Positions 8,830-20,265 of a DNA stretch of 51,153 nucleotides are shown here, piece after piece (the stretch's first letter is position 1; every line of letters starts with the position of its first letter). Under the pieces are notes generated by a model. The model was not told the origin of the DNA. It did not search any database and saw nothing but the letters and a program-made list of their open reading frames with translations. Position numbers and translations under genes: made by a program. The stretch lies in the IMG/VR virus record IMGVR_UViG_637000105_000004. One strand, written 5' to 3'. Origin of the DNA: a virus (Duplodnaviria > Heunggongvirae > Uroviricota > Caudoviricetes).

Positions 8830-9500
8830 TCAAATGCGCCTATAAGGCTCTCTTACCAGCCGCGCCCTAACAGGCGCACACGATCTGACATTTGCATCCA
8901 ACTTCGTTACTTACGGCCCGTAAACGGGCTGCCCGGATAGGGAATCGATAACTGCTCTCCCATTTTATCCTCTTCAAGCTGGTGCTTTATGTAATCCTGT
9001 ATCTTCGCCGTGTTCTTACCCACTGTATCGACGTAGTACCCTCTGCACCAGAACTCCCTGTTCCTGTATTTGAATTTCAAATCACCAAACTGCTCGTAAA
9101 GCATCAGACTGCTTTTCCCTTTCAGATATCCCATAAACCCGGATACGCTCATTTTGGGCGGGATCTCCACAAGCATATGGATATGATCTGCACAGCATTC
9201 AGCTTCCAGAATCCGTACGCTTTTCCACTCACACAGCTTTCTCAAAATACTGCCTATTGCTCTACGCTTCTCTCTGTAGAACACCTGTCTTCGGTATTTT
9301 GGCGCAAAAACTATGTGATATTTACAGTTCCATCGGGTGTGCGCTAAGCTCTTTTCGTTCCCCATTGGGACCCCCTTTTGATTTCTTGTTTGACACTTGC
9401 AGTTGCCAGACCGCAAAGTGTTTTAACAAATCAAAAGGGGTTTTAATAACTGGCTCAAAGCTGAAAGCTTTCCGGAACCCCCAGCCTAGCTGGGGGTTTT
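8830..9500 (-). mobile_element. IS200-like insertion sequence (IS200/IS605 family); boundaries approximate
   Basis: Contains Y1 HUH transposase gene with flanking hairpins; inserted between lom and stf. Confidence 0.75.
8907..9365 (-). CDS. tnpA: IS200 transposase TnpA (152 aa)
   Basis: Translation MGNEKSLAHTRWNCKYHIVFAPKYRR...HIHMLVEIPPK... matches IS200 TnpA from memory. Confidence 0.9.
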   Translation of the reverse strand: MGNEKSLAHTRWNCKYHIVFAPKYRRQVFYREKRRAIGSILRKLCEWKSVRILEAECCADHIHMLVEIPPKMSVSGFMGYLKGKSSLMLYEQFGDLKFKYRNREFWCRGYYVDTVGKNTAKIQDYIKHQLEEDKMGEQLSIPYPGSPFTGRK

Positions 9501-9509
9501 CTGTGCACA

Positions 9510-9536
9510 AAAAAGCCCGCCTGAACCGGCGGGCTG
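9510..9536 (-). terminator. Rho-independent terminator downstream of lom
   Basis: Minus strand gcccgccggttcaggcgggc followed by ttttttgtg. Confidence 0.7.
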
Positions 9537-9561
9537 TCATAACACTGTGTTACCTGGCTAA

Positions 9562-10161
9562 TCAGAATTTATAACCGACACCCACGATGAAACCGTCAGT
9601 GCGCCAGTCACCACTGCCGGAACCTTCATAAGCAAGGTCAATGGCCACGGATTCGGTCGGGTTAAACTGCACGCCAGCCCCCCACGCCAGAGACGTGTTG
9701 CTGTGGCGACCGTCATCACTTCCGGTCAGCACATCGTGCGTTTTCCCCTTGTTGTCAGTTACGCGGAGATAATCCCCGGAGAAGGTCGACACACGGCTGT
9801 AAGCCATACCCGCCATCGCATAAGCACTGAACCATTCATTCACGCGTACAGATGGCCCCGCCATCATGCTGAACCAGCGGTTACGCACGGAATCTTCATG
9901 CCAGCGGGTATCGCTGTAATGCGTTTTTTGCTCATCTTTGGCATTGGCATAACTGAATGACGTCACCAGCCCCAGCGTGTCCGTAAATTCATAACGGTAT
10001 TTCACGTTAATGCCCTTCAGGTCATCACTGCCTGGCATATCAGTATGGGTCTGAAGATACCCGGCGCTTAGTGTGGACTGATGCTCTGCTGCGCTCGCTG
10101 GCGTACCAGCGGCAACCAGCCAGACTACTGCGGACAGAATAACAGCACATAATTTACGCAT
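9562..10161 (-). CDS. lom: Outer membrane protein Lom (Ail/Lom family, 199 aa)
   Basis: Signal peptide plus beta-barrel pattern ending GYKF; lambda Lom-like; located after J as in lambda. Confidence 0.9.
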   Translation of the reverse strand: MRKLCAVILSAVVWLVAAGTPASAAEHQSTLSAGYLQTHTDMPGSDDLKGINVKYRYEFTDTLGLVTSFSYANAKDEQKTHYSDTRWHEDSVRNRWFSMMAGPSVRVNEWFSAYAMAGMAYSRVSTFSGDYLRVTDNKGKTHDVLTGSDDGRHSNTSLAWGAGVQFNPTESVAIDLAYEGSGSGDWRTDGFIVGVGYKF

Positions 10162-10186
10162 AATTACCTCTCGCTTTTCTGCAATA

Positions 10187-10215
10187 AAAAAGGCGTCATT
10201 TCTGACGCCCGTATT
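10187..10215 (-). terminator. Rho-independent terminator between J and lom
   Basis: Minus strand ggcgtcagaaatgacgcc followed by ttttttatt. Confidence 0.7.
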
Positions 10216-10228
10216 GGGGCTATAAAAT

Positions 10229-13200
10229 TCAGCTGATACTGATGCCTGCGGTGGCTTTCTTCATCACCACAACCAGCAAATCGCTGATACTTGCTGTGGG
10301 ATACCAGTTATTTACCAGCCATGCTGACACCGAAAACTCCAGCGTCATGTGACCGTGACCGGCAGGCATATCAATAACGCCACTGTAAATCAGCGTATTA
10401 TCCAGCGCGGTACGGTTATAAATTTCAGCACCGTTTTTCCGCACTATCAGACGGCATGAGGAGTAAATATCAGTATGCTCTCTCTCATGCTTAGCGCCGC
10501 TGAATGCCACCGCCGGAATAACAATCTGTCGGTCAAACGGCTGATCGTCATAAATCCTGACGGTAATGGTCCCTGATGGCCACCGTTCCGGTGCACGGGA
10601 GTCCCGGGGGAAAGCTTTACCCACTGTTTTAACGAGATCGCCTTCAATCTGGTTCGCGGACAGTTTTCCCAGAACCCGGCAGTTCTCGTTAATCGTGACG
10701 TTGTTGAGCGTCCCGGAGTTCGCATTCACGTTACCGCTGATATCGGCATTTTTCGCCGTCAGCCGCCCGTCCGGTGTCAGGGAAAATGCCGGAGGATTAC
10801 CGCCGCTGGTAATGGTGGGAGCCGTCAGATATTTCAGGAACACTTCGTTCATGAATATCTGATCGCCCTGACCAACAAACATCGGCTTTGTGTTGCCATT
10901 CGCAGGATTAACCATCGCAATCCTGTCCGCCGCCAGCAGCACCTGACTCTGCATGCCGTCAGGGGTGTTCTCAATACCGGCACCAATACCCGCGATATAA
11001 AGGCGTCCGTCCTGCATCTGCTGCAGCTTCACAGCCCACATGCTGTTCAGGTTATTATTTGTATCAACCTGAACCTTCTGTATCTGCTGAATTGCCGCAC
11101 TCTGGTCTTCCAGTTTCTTATTGACGGTCTGCGTGATTTCATTGCTGACATCCGTAATGGACGTCCTGATTTCAGCCAGGTCAGGCGCAAGCTGACCGTT
11201 ATCAATCTGCGTCCACAGCTCCTGAGCCAGATGGCTTTTCCCTATCTCGCCTTTGAAAAAATCCAGATAGCCGGATGCATCATCACTCGGCTGGCCAACA
11301 GCCTCCACAAATGCCGATTTGCCAACGGTGTTCACACTGCGGATGTAAAAATAATAATCATGGCCCGGTTTGATATTGATACTGGCAGCTATCCAGTACA
11401 GCGCCGTGCCAAGATAGCGGGCTGTGGTTTCAACCTGCCTGATATCCGCAATCCGCTTTTCCGAGAACCAGAACTCAAACTGTACCGTCGGATCATAAAC
11501 GGCAAGATGGGGCGTGGCGGTTATCTGAAAATAGCCCGGCGTCAGCTCAATCCGCGACGGCGCTGCCGGTGCGGCAATCCGGAACGATACCGATGCAGGA
11601 TCGCCCTGCTGCCCCCAGGCATTTGCCGCCCGGACTGTCAGCCTGTAGCTTCCCAGCGCCAGCTGCCTGAAGCGGTATGTGGTTTCCGTCGTCCGGGCCG
11701 TGCTGACCAGCCGCTCACTGCCGTCATCCGCTGCCACGGTCAGGCGAAGCATAAAGCTCACACCCTTCACCACCTTCGGCGTATCCCAGCGCGCCAGCAC
11801 CTGATATTCCCCGCTGTCTGCAGTGACTTCTGCGGTCAGGTGCTGCACCGCTGGCGGCGTGACACCATTCACCGTGCCACTCTGTTCGCCGTCAAAGTGC
11901 GCCCCGTTATCCACGATGGCCTCTTTTTCCGGCACATGCTGCACGGCGGTGATGGCATACGTGCCGTCGTCGTTCTCACGGATACTCACGCAGCGGAACA
12001 GTCGCTGGCGCAGCGTCGGCAGCTTCAGCCCCCATACGCTGTATTCAGCAACACCGTCAGGAACACGGCTCACTTTTACCTTCACGCCGTCGGTGACGGA
12101 CTGAACCTCCACGCTGACCGGATTGCCACTTCCGTCAACCAGGCTTATCAGCGTGGTACCGGAGGATGGCAGCGTGATTTCACGGTCGAGCGTCAGCGTC
12201 CGGGTCTGGCTGTTCACCGCCAGCACACGACCACTGGTGCTGATACCGGCATAGTCATCATCGCAGATTTCAATGATATCGCCCGGTACATGGCGAAGCC
12301 CTTCAGCACCCACGCTGAAGTCCACGGTCTGCGTTTCCAGCAGTTCCGTTTTAATCAGCCACAGCCCGGCGCGGTGTGCCTGCCCCCGACTGGTACAACC
12401 AAAGGCATCCATCTTCGTGACATTACGACCGTAACGGGCAATGGCCTGCGTATCTTCAACAAGCTCTGTCGCCGTCTCCCAGCCGTTGTCCGGGTCAATC
12501 CAGTTCACCTCAACGGCATTATGGCGGTCCTTCAGGGCGCTGAAGCTGTAGCGGAACGGCGCGCCATCATCCGGCATCACCACATTACTGCGGTTATAGG
12601 TCCACACCTTATCTGATGGTCGGTCCTGCACGAACGTCAGCGTCTGCCCGTTCCATACCGGCATACAGCGCATCGCCGAGCAGAAATCACTGAGCACATC
12701 CCACGCCTTACGCTGCGTGGTCAGCCAGGCATTACAGGTGATGCGCGGCTCCGTGCCGCCAAAACCGTCCGGCACCGACTGGTCGCAATACTGTCCGATG
12801 ACATACAGCGCCCATTTGTCCACATCCGCCGCACCAAGACGTTTCCCCATGCCGTAGCGCGTATGGGTCAGCATATCCCACAGACACCAGGCCATGTTGT
12901 TGCTGTATGCCGGTTTAAACGTTCCGTCCCAGATACCGCTGTATTGCCGCGTCTGCGGGTTATAATTCGACGGCACCTGCAGAATACGCCCGCGAAGATG
13001 ATAATTACGGCTCACCTGCTGACTGCCGAACTGTTCCGAGTCCACCTGCACGCCGACCAGTGCCGTGTTCGGGTAGCACTGTTTCACATCGATGATTTCG
13101 GTGTATGACGACCAGAGCGTTTTGTTCTGCAGCTGGTCTGTGGTGCTGTCCGGCGTCATCCTGCGCATCCGGATATTAAACGGGCGCGGCGGCAGGTTAT

Positions 13201-13708
13201 CCACCACCACCGAGGCCAGATACTGTGAGGTGGTTTTGCCCTTAATGGTGATGTCTTTTTCCGTCACCCAGCCACCATTACGCTGTATCTGAACCAGCAG
13301 GCGAACTTCCGACAGATTCCGGTCCCCCTTTGAGGTGGTTTCCACCAGTGCCTGCACACCGAAGGTAAAGCGCAGACGGTCGATGTTTGCCGACGTGATG
13401 GTCCGGGTAATCGGCGTGTCGTACTTCACTTCCGTACCCAGCACCGTCTCGGAGCCGGAGGATTCAAATCCCTCCGGCGGTGTCTGCTCCTGCTCACCTG
13501 CCCGGAACACCACCGTGACACCGGAGATATTGGTATTCCCCTCACTGTCCAGCACTGGCGTACTGTTCAGCAGCACACTTTTTAATCCGTCCACCGGACC
13601 TTCAACCGGCCCTTCACTGATGGCGTCTATCACGCTCAGCATCTGGGATGATTTCAGGTTGTCCTTCGCTTCGCGCGGGGTATGCCCCTTACTGCTGCCT
13701 TTACCCAT
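10229..13708 (-). CDS. J: Tail tip host specificity protein J (1159 aa)
   Basis: Large ORF in lambda J position; lambda J-like N-terminus. Confidence 0.93.
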   Translation of the reverse strand: MGKGSSKGHTPREAKDNLKSSQMLSVIDAISEGPVEGPVDGLKSVLLNSTPVLDSEGNTNISGVTVVFRAGEQEQTPPEGFESSGSETVLGTEVKYDTPITRTITSANIDRLRFTFGVQALVETTSKGDRNLSEVRLLVQIQRNGGWVTEKDITIKGKTTSQYLASVVVDNLPPRPFNIRMRRMTPDSTTDQLQNKTLWSSYTEIIDVKQCYPNTALVGVQVDSEQFGSQQVSRNYHLRGRILQVPSNYNPQTRQYSGIWDGTFKPAYSNNMAWCLWDMLTHTRYGMGKRLGAADVDKWALYVIGQYCDQSVPDGFGGTEPRITCNAWLTTQRKAWDVLSDFCSAMRCMPVWNGQTLTFVQDRPSDKVWTYNRSNVVMPDDGAPFRYSFSALKDRHNAVEVNWIDPDNGWETATELVEDTQAIARYGRNVTKMDAFGCTSRGQAHRAGLWLIKTELLETQTVDFSVGAEGLRHVPGDIIEICDDDYAGISTSGRVLAVNSQTRTLTLDREITLPSSGTTLISLVDGSGNPVSVEVQSVTDGVKVKVSRVPDGVAEYSVWGLKLPTLRQRLFRCVSIRENDDGTYAITAVQHVPEKEAIVDNGAHFDGEQSGTVNGVTPPAVQHLTAEVTADSGEYQVLARWDTPKVVKGVSFMLRLTVAADDGSERLVSTARTTETTYRFRQLALGSYRLTVRAANAWGQQGDPASVSFRIAAPAAPSRIELTPGYFQITATPHLAVYDPTVQFEFWFSEKRIADIRQVETTARYLGTALYWIAASINIKPGHDYYFYIRSVNTVGKSAFVEAVGQPSDDASGYLDFFKGEIGKSHLAQELWTQIDNGQLAPDLAEIRTSITDVSNEITQTVNKKLEDQSAAIQQIQKVQVDTNNNLNSMWAVKLQQMQDGRLYIAGIGAGIENTPDGMQSQVLLAADRIAMVNPANGNTKPMFVGQGDQIFMNEVFLKYLTAPTITSGGNPPAFSLTPDGRLTAKNADISGNVNANSGTLNNVTINENCRVLGKLSANQIEGDLVKTVGKAFPRDSRAPERWPSGTITVRIYDDQPFDRQIVIPAVAFSGAKHEREHTDIYSSCRLIVRKNGAEIYNRTALDNTLIYSGVIDMPAGHGHMTLEFSVSAWLVNNWYPTASISDLLVVVMKKATAGISIS

Positions 13709-13768
13709 TCGTCATGATCCATAAACGATAAAACCGCCCGGAGGCGGTTTCACATAAAACATTTTGCA

Positions 13769-14440
13769 TCAGCGACCAATCACCACAACCTGACCACCAT
13801 CCCCTTCGTCTGCCGTGCTGATCTCCTGAGAAATCACGCGTGACCCCACGCGCATTTCACCGTACAGAACGGGCAGAACATTCCCCTGGGCAACCATGTT
13901 ATCCAGTGAGGAGAAATAGGTGTTCTGCTTACCGTTATCCGTTGTCTGTGTGCGGGGAGTTCTGGCTTTCGGTGCCAGCATCTGCGCCACACCACCGAGC
14001 ACCATACTGGCACCGAGAGAAAACAAAATGCCGGTCATACCACCGGCACCAATGGCTGCCCCCCATGCTGCAAGGGTGGCTCCGGCGGTAAAGAATGATC
14101 CGGCAATGGCGGCTGCTCCCAGGACAATCTGGAATACACCACCTGACTTGGCCCCGGCGACTCTGGGAACAATATGAATCACAGCGCCATCAGGCAGAGT
14201 CTCATGTAACTGCGCCGTTAATCCGGACGTGCTGACGTCCCGCCCGGCAATCCGTACCTGATACCAGCCGTCGCTCAGTTTCTGACGAAACGCCGGGAGC
14301 TGTGTGGCCAGTGCGCGGATGGCTTCAGCCCCCGTTTTCACACGAAGGTCGATGCGGCGGCCAAATCGTTGCAAATCCCCGTAAAGGCAGATGCGTGCCA
14401 TTCCCGGTGACGCCAGAGGGAGTGTGTGCGTCGCTGCCAT
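13769..14440 (-). CDS. I: Tail assembly protein I (223 aa)
   Basis: Size and position as lambda gpI; overlaps K. Confidence 0.88.
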   Translation of the reverse strand: MAATHTLPLASPGMARICLYGDLQRFGRRIDLRVKTGAEAIRALATQLPAFRQKLSDGWYQVRIAGRDVSTSGLTAQLHETLPDGAVIHIVPRVAGAKSGGVFQIVLGAAAIAGSFFTAGATLAAWGAAIGAGGMTGILFSLGASMVLGGVAQMLAPKARTPRTQTTDNGKQNTYFSSLDNMVAQGNVLPVLYGEMRVGSRVISQEISTADEGDGGQVVVIGR

Positions 14441-15081
14441 TTGTCGGTATACCTCTCTCGTTTACTCAGTTGTTCAGGAATATGGTGCAGCAGCTCGCCG
14501 TCGCCGCAGTAAATTGCGGCATGATTCGGCACCGATGAACCAAAGCAGCACAGCAGCACGTCGCCAGGCTGCGCCTCTGTCAGTGCGACACGGTAAAAAC
14601 CAGTCGCCTCCATATTGCCAAGATAGAGATTCTGACCGTTACGCCACCAGTCATCCCCGCGATGAAAATCCGGCATCTCAATCCCCGCCAGATGATAAGC
14701 ATCCCGGAACAGCGTGTAACAGTCCGTCACCCCGTGCTCAAAGCGACGCCCGGTAAGATGTGGCACACAGCGGAACTTGTGAATCGCCCCCCGGCAGACC
14801 AGCCACCACGGCAAATCACTCTGCACCTGCAGCCGCCGGTCAGCCTCACTCAGCCAGGGCAGACCACCGGGATGACTGTGGACCAGTGCCACAATCTCAC
14901 CCTGCATCTCTGCCTGCAGCCAGTCCTCCGGAGCCATCCGGAAATAATCCTCCGGCTCACCGGAAATATTCACGCAGGGAAAATATCTTTCCCCCTCCGG
15001 CGCTCTCACCACGAAGCCGCACGACTCCGCTGGCGCACATCGCAGGGCGTGCGCCAGAATCGCTGATTCTGTCTCTGTCAT
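14338..15081 (-). CDS. K: Tail assembly protein K (NlpC/P60-type, about 247 aa)
   Basis: Translation from MTETESAILAHALRCAPAESCGF resembles lambda gpK; overlaps I as in lambda. Confidence 0.88.
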   Translation of the reverse strand: MTETESAILAHALRCAPAESCGFVVRAPEGERYFPCVNISGEPEDYFRMAPEDWLQAEMQGEIVALVHSHPGGLPWLSEADRRLQVQSDLPWWLVCRGAIHKFRCVPHLTGRRFEHGVTDCYTLFRDAYHLAGIEMPDFHRGDDWWRNGQNLYLGNMEATGFYRVALTEAQPGDVLLCCFGSSVPNHAAIYCGDGELLHHIPEQLSKRERYTDKWQRRTHSLWRHREWHASAFTGICNDLAAASTFV

Positions 15082-15085
15082 GGGA

Positions 15086-15784
15086 TTACTGCGAAAGTTT
15101 GTTAATGGAAAGGAAGCCGCCAAAGTTGCCGACGTTATTGCGAAACTTACAGCCGCTCAGGCATTTGCTGCATTTATCCTTCGTGATATCGGACGTCGGC
15201 TGGTCATATTCATCCGCGACCGCCGGACCGCTATAACCGCACTCATCACCGCGATAGGTCCAGGTGCAGGTGTTGGCCAGCATGATGCGCCCCGGAAAAA
15301 CAGCACCATCCGTTTCCGTCGGCGTGGACAACACAAAGGAGGCACTGACCGCGCTCAGTTCGCTGCACTGCTCGACGCGCCAGCGGCTGATCACCTCCTG
15401 CTCCGGATCGGCATCGCTGTTTCCGTTGACGAAATTCACCGCATCCAGAAAACGGGCGTAAACCTTACGCCTGACCACCGTTCCGCCGACCAGACTCTGC
15501 AGATCTTCCACCATCCCGGTGACCATACCGTACAGGTTAGAAACCGTCAGCGTGGGGCGCGTACTGGTGCCTTTGCCATTCAGTTCAAAACCACTCCCCT
15601 GAATGGGATACGGCTGATACTGTCGCCCCTGCCAGGTGACCGGCTCACCTTTTTCGTTCTGCTCATTACAGAAAAAATAACGTTCTCCACCGACCTCTGT
15701 CAGGTCGATTTCCCAGAGCACCACGCTGGCCGACTGCTCCGCACGGGTGCATTCATTCAGTGTTTCCTGCCGGATATCCTGCAT
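15086..15784 (-). CDS. L: Minor tail protein L (232 aa)
   Basis: Size and position identical to lambda gpL. Confidence 0.9.
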   Translation of the reverse strand: MQDIRQETLNECTRAEQSASVVLWEIDLTEVGGERYFFCNEQNEKGEPVTWQGRQYQPYPIQGSGFELNGKGTSTRPTLTVSNLYGMVTGMVEDLQSLVGGTVVRRKVYARFLDAVNFVNGNSDADPEQEVISRWRVEQCSELSAVSASFVLSTPTETDGAVFPGRIMLANTCTWTYRGDECGYSGPAVADEYDQPTSDITKDKCSKCLSGCKFRNNVGNFGGFLSINKLSQ

Positions 15785-16113
15785 CAGTTCACCACCTGTT
15801 CAAACTCTGCGCTGAACTCAACACGCAGCATACTGACCCGCGACGACCATTTTGCGCAGGTCACCTTTATCTGCCGCCACTCATAAGGCGGCGTCCACAG
15901 AAAGGCTTTCCAGCCCCCGTGCTCAGCCAGAAACGACTCCAGCGCCGCGGCCTCCCAACGGGGAACAGAAAGCGTCACGCTGTACGTTTTCAGGTCGGCA
16001 TTCAGCCCGGCAGGCGCTCGCTGGGAATAGCCATCACCAAAGCGCACCTTTCTTACGGAAGGGGCCGAAGCCACATCCATACCGGGTTTCACTTTCCAGC
16101 GGAAGGTTTTCAT
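15784..16113 (-). CDS. M: Minor tail protein M (109 aa)
   Basis: Size and position identical to lambda gpM. Confidence 0.9.
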   Translation of the reverse strand: MKTFRWKVKPGMDVASAPSVRKVRFGDGYSQRAPAGLNADLKTYSVTLSVPRWEAAALESFLAEHGGWKAFLWTPPYEWRQIKVTCAKWSSRVSMLRVEFSAEFEQVVN

Positions 16114-18671
16114 CGTCCACCTCCGGAGAACAGACCACCATCACGCATCTGTGTCTGAATTTCATCACGGGCACCCTTGCGGGCCATGTCATACACCGCC
16201 TTCAGAGCAGCCGGACCTATCTGCCCGTTCGTGCCGTCGTTGTTAATCACCACATGGTTATTCTGCTCAAACGTCCCGGACGCCTGCGACCGGCTGTCAG
16301 CCAGACTGCCCGGTGTACCGACATAACCACCGGTGGCATAGCCGCGCATCAGCCGGTAGAGATTCCCCACGCCAATCCGGCTGGTTGCCTCCTTCGTGAA
16401 GACAAATTCACCACGGTGAACAATCCCCGCTGGCTCATATTTGCCGCCGGTTCCCGTAAATCCTCCGGTTGCAAAATGGAATTTCGCCGCAGCGGCCTGA
16501 ATGGCTGTACCGCCTGACGCGGATGCGCCGCCACCAACAGCCCCGCCAATGGCGCTGCCGATACTCCCGACAATCCCCACCATTGCCTGCTTAAGCAGAA
16601 TTTCTGTCATCATGGACAGCACGGAACGGGTGAAGCTGCGCCAGTTCTGCTCACTGCCGGTCAGCATCGCTGCCATATTCTGTGCAATACCATCAAAGGT
16701 CTGCGTGGCTGCACTTTTTACCTGCGACATACTGTCCGTGGCGCTCTCTTCCCACTCACTCCAGCCGGACTTCAGGCCTGCCATCCAGCTCCCGCGAAGC
16801 TGGTCTTCAGCCGCCCAGGTCTTTTTCTGCTCTGACATGACGTTATTCAGCGCCAGCGGATTATCGCCATACTGTTCCTTCAGGCGCTGTTCCGTGGCTT
16901 CCCGTTCTGCCTGCCGGTCAGTCAGCCCCCGGCTTTTCGCCTCAATGGCGGCCCGTTTTGCCCGTTGCTGCTGTGCGAATTTATCCGCCTGCTGCGCCAG
17001 CGCGTTCAGGCGCTCCTGATACGTAACCTTGTCGCCAAGTGCAGCCAGCTGGCGTTTGTACTCCAGCGTCTCATCTTTATGCGCCAGCAGGGATTTCTCC
17101 TGTGCGGACAGCTGGCGACGTTGTGCCGCCTCCTCCAGTACCGCGAACTGACTTTCTGCCTTCCACAAATCCCGGCGCTGCTGGCTGATTTTCTCATTCG
17201 CTCCGGCATGCTTCTCCAGCGTCCGGAGTTCTGCCTGAAGCGTCAGCAGGGCAGCATGAGCACTGTCTTCCTGACGATCGCCCGCAGACACCTTCACGCC
17301 GGACTGTTTCGGCTTTTTCAGCGTCGCTTCATAATCCTTTTTCGCCGCCGCCATCAGCGTGTTGTAATCCGCCTGCAGGATTTTCCCGTCTTTCAGTGCC
17401 TTGTTCAGTTCTTCCTGACGGGCGGTATATTTCTCCAGCGGCGTCTGCAGCCGTTTGTAAGCCTTCTGCGCCTCTTCGGTATATTTCAGCCGTGACGCTT
17501 CGGTATCGCTCTGCTGCTGCGCATTTTTGTCCTGTTGACTCTGCTGTTCAGCCTTCTTTCGGGCGGCTTTAAGCGCAAGACGGGCCTTTTCACGGTCATC
17601 CCAGTAACGCGCCCGCGCTTCATCGTTAACAAAATAATCATCCTTGCGCAGATTCCAGATGTCGTCCGCTTTCTTAAACGCAGCCTCTGCCTTAATCAGC
17701 ATCTCCTGAGCGGTATCAGGACGACCAATATCCAGCACCGCATCCCACATGGATTTGAATGCCCGTGCTGTCCTGTCTGCCCAGGTTTCCAGCGTGCCCA
17801 TGTTCTCTTTCAGGCGTCGGGTCTGGTCATCAAACCCTTTCGTTGCGGCCTCGTTCGCCGCCTGCAATGCCCCGGCTTCATCGCCGGAACGCTGCAACTG
17901 AGCAACATACGCAATCTGCTCCGCCGTCACGTTATGGAACTGGCGCGCCATCGCCGTCAGCCCCGACGTCGGGTCAGTGGTCAGCTTCCCGAAGGCTTCA
18001 GCGACCTTGTCCACCTCCACGCCGGATGCAGAAGAGAAACGCGCCACACTCTGGCTGATGGACGCAATCTGAGCCTCACCGCTTACCCCCGCCTTAACCA
18101 GTGCGCTGAGTGACTCGCTGGTCTGGTTAAACATCAGCCCTGCCGCCTGCCCGGCTCTGGACAGGACCAGCATACGATCTGCCGTCAGCCCCGACTGATT
18201 GCCGGAAAGGACCAGCGTTTTGTTGAAATCGGACAGGGTTGAGTTGCCCTGATACCAGGCATACGCCAGCGCACCGGTCGCCACCGCCAGCGAGGTGGCC
18301 CCGACCATCGGCAGGGTGATCGCACCGGCAAGCCCCCGGAACATGGGGATCATCCCGCCGAAGGAGTCCTTCACCTGACCCCCCTGTTGCAGCAGGATCA
18401 GCCACGGACTTTGCCCGCCTGCAAGCTGCGTGGCCACGTCGGTGAACTGTGCAGGCAGCATACGCATGGCGGCTTTATACTGCCCGACGGAAATCCCCGC
18501 TTTCTGTGCAGCCAGCGCCTGCCGGTTCATCGACTGTTCAACGACTGCCGCTGTTTTTTTCGCATCACTTTCCGTACCGGAAAAATGACGCCTGACTCTG
18601 GCCATCTGCTCGTCAAATCTGGCCGCATCCAGACTTAAATCAACGACCAGATCGCCTACCGGTTCAGCCAT
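16110..18671 (-). CDS. H: Tail tape measure protein H (853 aa)
   Basis: Same length as lambda gpH; coiled-coil-rich; Gly-rich C-terminus. Confidence 0.93.
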   Translation of the reverse strand: MAEPVGDLVVDLSLDAARFDEQMARVRRHFSGTESDAKKTAAVVEQSMNRQALAAQKAGISVGQYKAAMRMLPAQFTDVATQLAGGQSPWLILLQQGGQVKDSFGGMIPMFRGLAGAITLPMVGATSLAVATGALAYAWYQGNSTLSDFNKTLVLSGNQSGLTADRMLVLSRAGQAAGLMFNQTSESLSALVKAGVSGEAQIASISQSVARFSSASGVEVDKVAEAFGKLTTDPTSGLTAMARQFHNVTAEQIAYVAQLQRSGDEAGALQAANEAATKGFDDQTRRLKENMGTLETWADRTARAFKSMWDAVLDIGRPDTAQEMLIKAEAAFKKADDIWNLRKDDYFVNDEARARYWDDREKARLALKAARKKAEQQSQQDKNAQQQSDTEASRLKYTEEAQKAYKRLQTPLEKYTARQEELNKALKDGKILQADYNTLMAAAKKDYEATLKKPKQSGVKVSAGDRQEDSAHAALLTLQAELRTLEKHAGANEKISQQRRDLWKAESQFAVLEEAAQRRQLSAQEKSLLAHKDETLEYKRQLAALGDKVTYQERLNALAQQADKFAQQQRAKRAAIEAKSRGLTDRQAEREATEQRLKEQYGDNPLALNNVMSEQKKTWAAEDQLRGSWMAGLKSGWSEWEESATDSMSQVKSAATQTFDGIAQNMAAMLTGSEQNWRSFTRSVLSMMTEILLKQAMVGIVGSIGSAIGGAVGGGASASGGTAIQAAAAKFHFATGGFTGTGGKYEPAGIVHRGEFVFTKEATSRIGVGNLYRLMRGYATGGYVGTPGSLADSRSQASGTFEQNNHVVINNDGTNGQIGPAALKAVYDMARKGARDEIQTQMRDGGLFSGGGR

Positions 18672-19502
18672 ACCGGACTCCTCCTGCGATCCCTTCTGAT
18701 ACTGTCATCAGCATTACGTCATCCTCCGTCATGCCCGCCATATCCGGGGAAGCGGGGATAACTTCATTTCCGTCCGGGGCAAAGCGGACGCCTCCGGCAA
18801 GCCCTGCCGCTTTCTGCATCAGCACATCATCTTCAGGCTCTTCGTCAGCCTCACGCCGGTTCAGCAGACTGAAATCCAGCGGATGCATATCCGGATCGCT
18901 GAAAAACAGGCTGAGCACGGTGTACGTCAGCCCGGAAAAGTGCATATCCAGCAGAACATCATGAAAATAATGGGTACTGTAAAAGCGGTGCCAGTCGGCA
19001 TACTCTGTGGATGACATCCCGGCAAGCATGGCGCGCCAGTCAGGTCGCCCCATCTCACGCGCCAGTTTCAGGGCAAAACTCAGCTCACCGTCGAACACTT
19101 TCCCGCAGAAACAGGCTCTGCAGGCCCGGCGTCATCTGCCTGTTCAGGAGTATCATTCACCACAAACTCATACATACCGGACAGCCGGTACACCACGTTT
19201 TCAGCATGAGAAATTGCCTCCGCGGGCCAGGTGGTAAGCACTTCCTGCTCAATCTGTTTAACGGCTTCATTCATGGACGGCTGCTTTGTCTTCTGTGGAT
19301 GGTTATGCCACAGGGACATCGCCACCACAAAAGCACCGGTTCTGATGGCGTCTTCCACAGTAAACTTCCGGTTGCTGTCTGACTCCGCCTGTTCTGCCTG
19401 CCGTTTCATCAGGGCGAGATGCTCAATACGCTGCAGGGCTGACAGTTCAGAAAGCGTGACGGTCACGCCGTTATGTTCAAATGATTCGGTTTTCAGGAAC
19501 AT
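18664..19502 (-). CDS. T: Tail assembly chaperone G-T fusion produced by -1 programmed frameshift
   Basis: T frame (18664-19098) overlaps the end of G; GGGAAAG slippery heptamer on minus strand at 19098-19104, as in lambda. Confidence 0.85.
19080..19502 (-). CDS. G: Tail assembly chaperone G (140 aa)
   Basis: Size and position as lambda gpG; slippery heptamer near its 3' end. Confidence 0.9.
   Translation of the reverse strand: MFLKTESFEHNGVTVTLSELSALQRIEHLALMKRQAEQAESDSNRKFTVEDAIRTGAFVVAMSLWHNHPQKTKQPSMNEAVKQIEQEVLTTWPAEAISHAENVVYRLSGMYEFVVNDTPEQADDAGPAEPVSAGKCSTVS
19098..19104 (-). other. Programmed -1 ribosomal frameshift slippery site (G GGA AAG)
   Basis: Plus strand ctttccc equals minus strand GGGAAAG, located 6 codons before the G stop. 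Confidence 0.85.
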
Positions 19503-19517
19503 CGCTGATTCTCCGGA

Positions 19518-20258
19518 TTAACTGGCGGTGACGTTGATTTCTGCAACCGCAGCAAACTCACCATTACCGGATACGACCGGAATGTTGACCTTGCCTGCAG
19601 CAACACCTTTCACGGTGATGGTCATACCACTGACCGACACGGTGGCTTTTGTTTTATCCGCAGACACCGCACGGAAGCTCTTGTCGGTTGCGCCTTCCGG
19701 CTGGAATGCCACGGTCAGCGTCGTGCTCTGCCCTTTAACCACCGAGGTGCTGGCAGGCGTCACGGTCATGCCGGTTGCCGCTGTTACCGTGCTGCGATCT
19801 TCTGCCATTGACGGACGGCCCACATTGGTGACCTTCACCGTACGGGTGATCACTTCCTTCGCTGTCACCGCCTTACCGATGCTGCTGACCCAGCCGCGGA
19901 ACACATCGACCGTGCCGTTCGGGAAGCGGATTTTATAGGCACGGGTATCACCTTCATTAAACCACGCCAGCAGCGCCTGCTGCCCCTGCTCTCCGGGCAT
20001 CCACGCCAGCGTGAAGCTGGTATCTCCGGCTGATTTCTGCCCCTGTCCGGTCGCAGTCCAGTCCGCATCTTCATCATCGAGATAGCTGTCGTCATAGGAC
20101 TCAGCGGTCAGTTCGCCGGGCGTCAGGTCTTTAACCTTTGCCAGACGCGACCAGTCAACGTCTGAAAGCGGGTTTGCGTAAGGGTCGCCGCTCCCGTTAT
20201 AAACCCACAGTGTGGTCCCGGCCCCTTTCACCGGTGCCAGAGGATTTGGTGTTGGCAT
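19518..20258 (-). CDS. V: Major tail tube protein V (246 aa)
   Basis: From [20 protein letters not shown]; lambda gpV-like with C-terminal Ig-like domain. Confidence 0.93.
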   Translation of the reverse strand: MPTPNPLAPVKGAGTTLWVYNGSGDPYANPLSDVDWSRLAKVKDLTPGELTAESYDDSYLDDEDADWTATGQGQKSAGDTSFTLAWMPGEQGQQALLAWFNEGDTRAYKIRFPNGTVDVFRGWVSSIGKAVTAKEVITRTVKVTNVGRPSMAEDRSTVTAATGMTVTPASTSVVKGQSTTLTVAFQPEGATDKSFRAVSADKTKATVSVSGMTITVKGVAAGKVNIPVVSGNGEFAAVAEINVTAS

Positions 20259-20265
20259 ATCGTCC

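Noticed and set aside
11231-12616. 461-aa plus-strand ORF antisense to gene J, and similar long antisense ORFs in H, K/L and C/B
   Set aside because: Lie entirely within well-supported lambda-like structural genes on the other strand; GC-rich antisense frames commonly stay open; no RBS or homology support.
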